31,244 nt of DNA from a virus. A model generated the notes under the pieces. It made no database searches. It saw only the letters and a list, made by a program, of their open reading frames with translations, and had not been told where the DNA came from. Location of the stretch: IMG/VR virus record IMGVR_UViG_3300006733_000010; one strand, 5' to 3'. Position numbers and translations under genes: made by a program. Shown one piece after another: positions 30,022 to 31,244 of the stretch (position 1 is its first letter; each line of letters starts with the position of its first letter).

Positions 30022-31244
30022 CTATCCTAGTTAAAACAAGATTATGGGTACTAATCATTATACTCTTTGTCGGATCTGCTTCATCTTCTACTTGGATGTT
30101 TACAGTATCTCCAACTTTCAAATCAAACGCACAATGAATTGAAAAACCAATACTAGATGCTAAACCATCTACATGAGCATAACAATTTTCCTCATTTATA
30201 GATTTATCAAAATTCTCAGCTATTACAATCCCATAAGCACCACCAGCAGCAGTTCCAGCACCCGAAAAATGCGCATCTGCTTTATAGGTTCCAGCCACTT
30301 GAGCAGTTAAATAACTTCCACCATCAGTCTGATTAGCATCAGTATAAGTAAAACCATTTAACTTAGTATAAGTCATGTTAGTAACATTATAATATACTCC
30401 AGATGATGGGAAAGTTACAGTCATAGGGGTATCCCAACCAAACTTTTCACCCATTTGACCATAGATAAGATTACCTCCTGTTATGTTTCCAGTGTAATTG
30501 ATATGTCCAATAACAGTAAGTCTTTCATTTGGTGTAGTTGTTCCTGCCCCAACATTCCCAGTTCCACTATCTATATATAACCTGCTCGTTCCGCCTCTGA
30601 TGTCTGTTGAGCTTGCTCCTGTCCTTAAGTCCAAGTCACCGACTTGGATGCCTAGTACGCCTATTCCTGAACCGTCTACTCCTAGTACTAATGTGTCTGT
30701 TCCAGCATCTGTTATTCTCATCATCGGATTAGAGTCATTTTGTATGTGTAGACAGGCTGCTGGTGCGTTTGTTCCCATCCCTATCTGTCCTTTGTCGTTT
30801 ACTACAAAGTCATTGTTTGCGAAACTTGCTGCATGTGCTATCTTAAATACAGAATCACTTGCATCGTAACCTACTTTATGTTCATTTTTATCTGTAGTGT
30901 ATGTAAAGAAAGCATCTTTGTCGCTTGCTCCGCTTTCCAGTTCAAATACTGTATGTTGGTCAGAGCCGTTGATATGAAGCCCGAATGCTCCTGATGGAGA
31001 AGGACTTGAAGTTCCTATCCCGACGTTTCCAGTTGTTCCGTCTACAAATAATGTATCTGATACATTGAGTGCTGACTGTCCAGTATGTGTTACTTGGAGT
31101 TTATATGTTGGTTTCTTTGTTCCGATACCGACGTTGCCGTTCTGTTTCAGCCACATTACATTGGAATTATTTATGTCAAATCTGATGTATGCGTTAGTAC
31201 CATATGCCCCATCTTCGTCGGCAGCTAGGATCATAGCACCATGA
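30014..31244 (-). CDS. C-terminal part of the same fibre/adhesin (track ORF 30014..31234 starts at an internal Met; the frame stays open to the window end)
   Basis: The three codons upstream of the track Met (..HGA-MILAADEDG) are open and identical to nt 114-123. More GNVGIGT/GNVGAGT motifs follow. The last ~150 aa (..AGTYKADAHFSGAG..YGIVIAEN..FDLKVGDTVNIQV..LTRIGD) look like a beta-sandwich head domain. Confidence 0.8.
   Translation of the reverse strand, partial: HGAMILAADEDGAYGTNAYIRFDINNSNVMWLKQNGNVGIGTKKPTYKLQVTHTGQSALNVSDTLFVDGTTGNVGIGTSSPSPSGAFGLHINGSDQHTVFELESGASDKDAFFTYTTDKNEHKVGYDASDSVFKIAHAASFANNDFVVNDKGQIGMGTNAPAACLHIQNDSNPMMRITDAGTDTLVLGVDGSGIGVLGIQVGDLDLRTGASSTDIRGGTSRLYIDSGTGNVGAGTTTPNERLTVIGHINYTGNITGGNLIYGQMGEKFGWDTPMTVTFPSSGVYYNVTNMTYTKLNGFTYTDANQTDGGSYLTAQVAGTYKADAHFSGAGTAAGGAYGIVIAENFDKSINEENCYAHVDGLASSIGFSIHCAFDLKVGDTVNIQVEDEADPTKSIMISTHNLVLTRIGD
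31122..31244. repeat. Right copy of the exact 123-nt terminal overlap
   Basis: Identical to nt 1-123. Confidence 0.9.

Overview
The two ends of the window are an exact 123-nt overlap (1-123 = 31122-31244). The window is therefore one complete, circularly permuted or terminally redundant replicon of about 31,121 bp with low GC (~35% by eye). It reads as a virus or provirus-like element, most likely with an archaeal host. I found no terminase, portal, HK97-type capsid or polymerase signature. What it does carry: (i) a tyrosine recombinase; (ii) a P-loop NTPase; (iii) three tandem paralogous ~90-130 aa proteins with two hydrophobic helices, the architecture of spindle-shaped archaeal virus capsid proteins; (iv) an 807-aa membrane-anchored protein dense in N-glycosylation sequons; (v) a ~1114-aa modular fibre whose gene spans the window junction; (vi) many small RHH, zinc-finger and membrane ORFs. 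Genes fall into two divergent blocks. The minus-strand structural block runs 7468 -> 1, across the junction, down to 24124. The plus-strand block runs 7766 -> 24159. They are separated by a palindrome-rich divergent promoter region (7469-7765). The most unusual feature is non-coding. Six runs of a strictly phased pentanucleotide (N-GGC-N)n, 87 units in total, are each closed by a conserved ~31-nt box. They form two GC-rich clusters (12637-12912 and 13987-14316) that bracket a two-gene cassette (12943-13973). Other points of interest: near-identical intragenic modules in the fibre gene; (SYKP)n and (GSGYGS)n tandem-repeat proteins; a virus-encoded S26-type signal peptidase-like lipoprotein; a DUF2829/Tad2-like domain; extremely basic micro-ORFs missed by the ORF track; mosaic conserved blocks in intergenic regions of the small-gene cluster. 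All functional calls come from motifs read by eye. No database search was possible.
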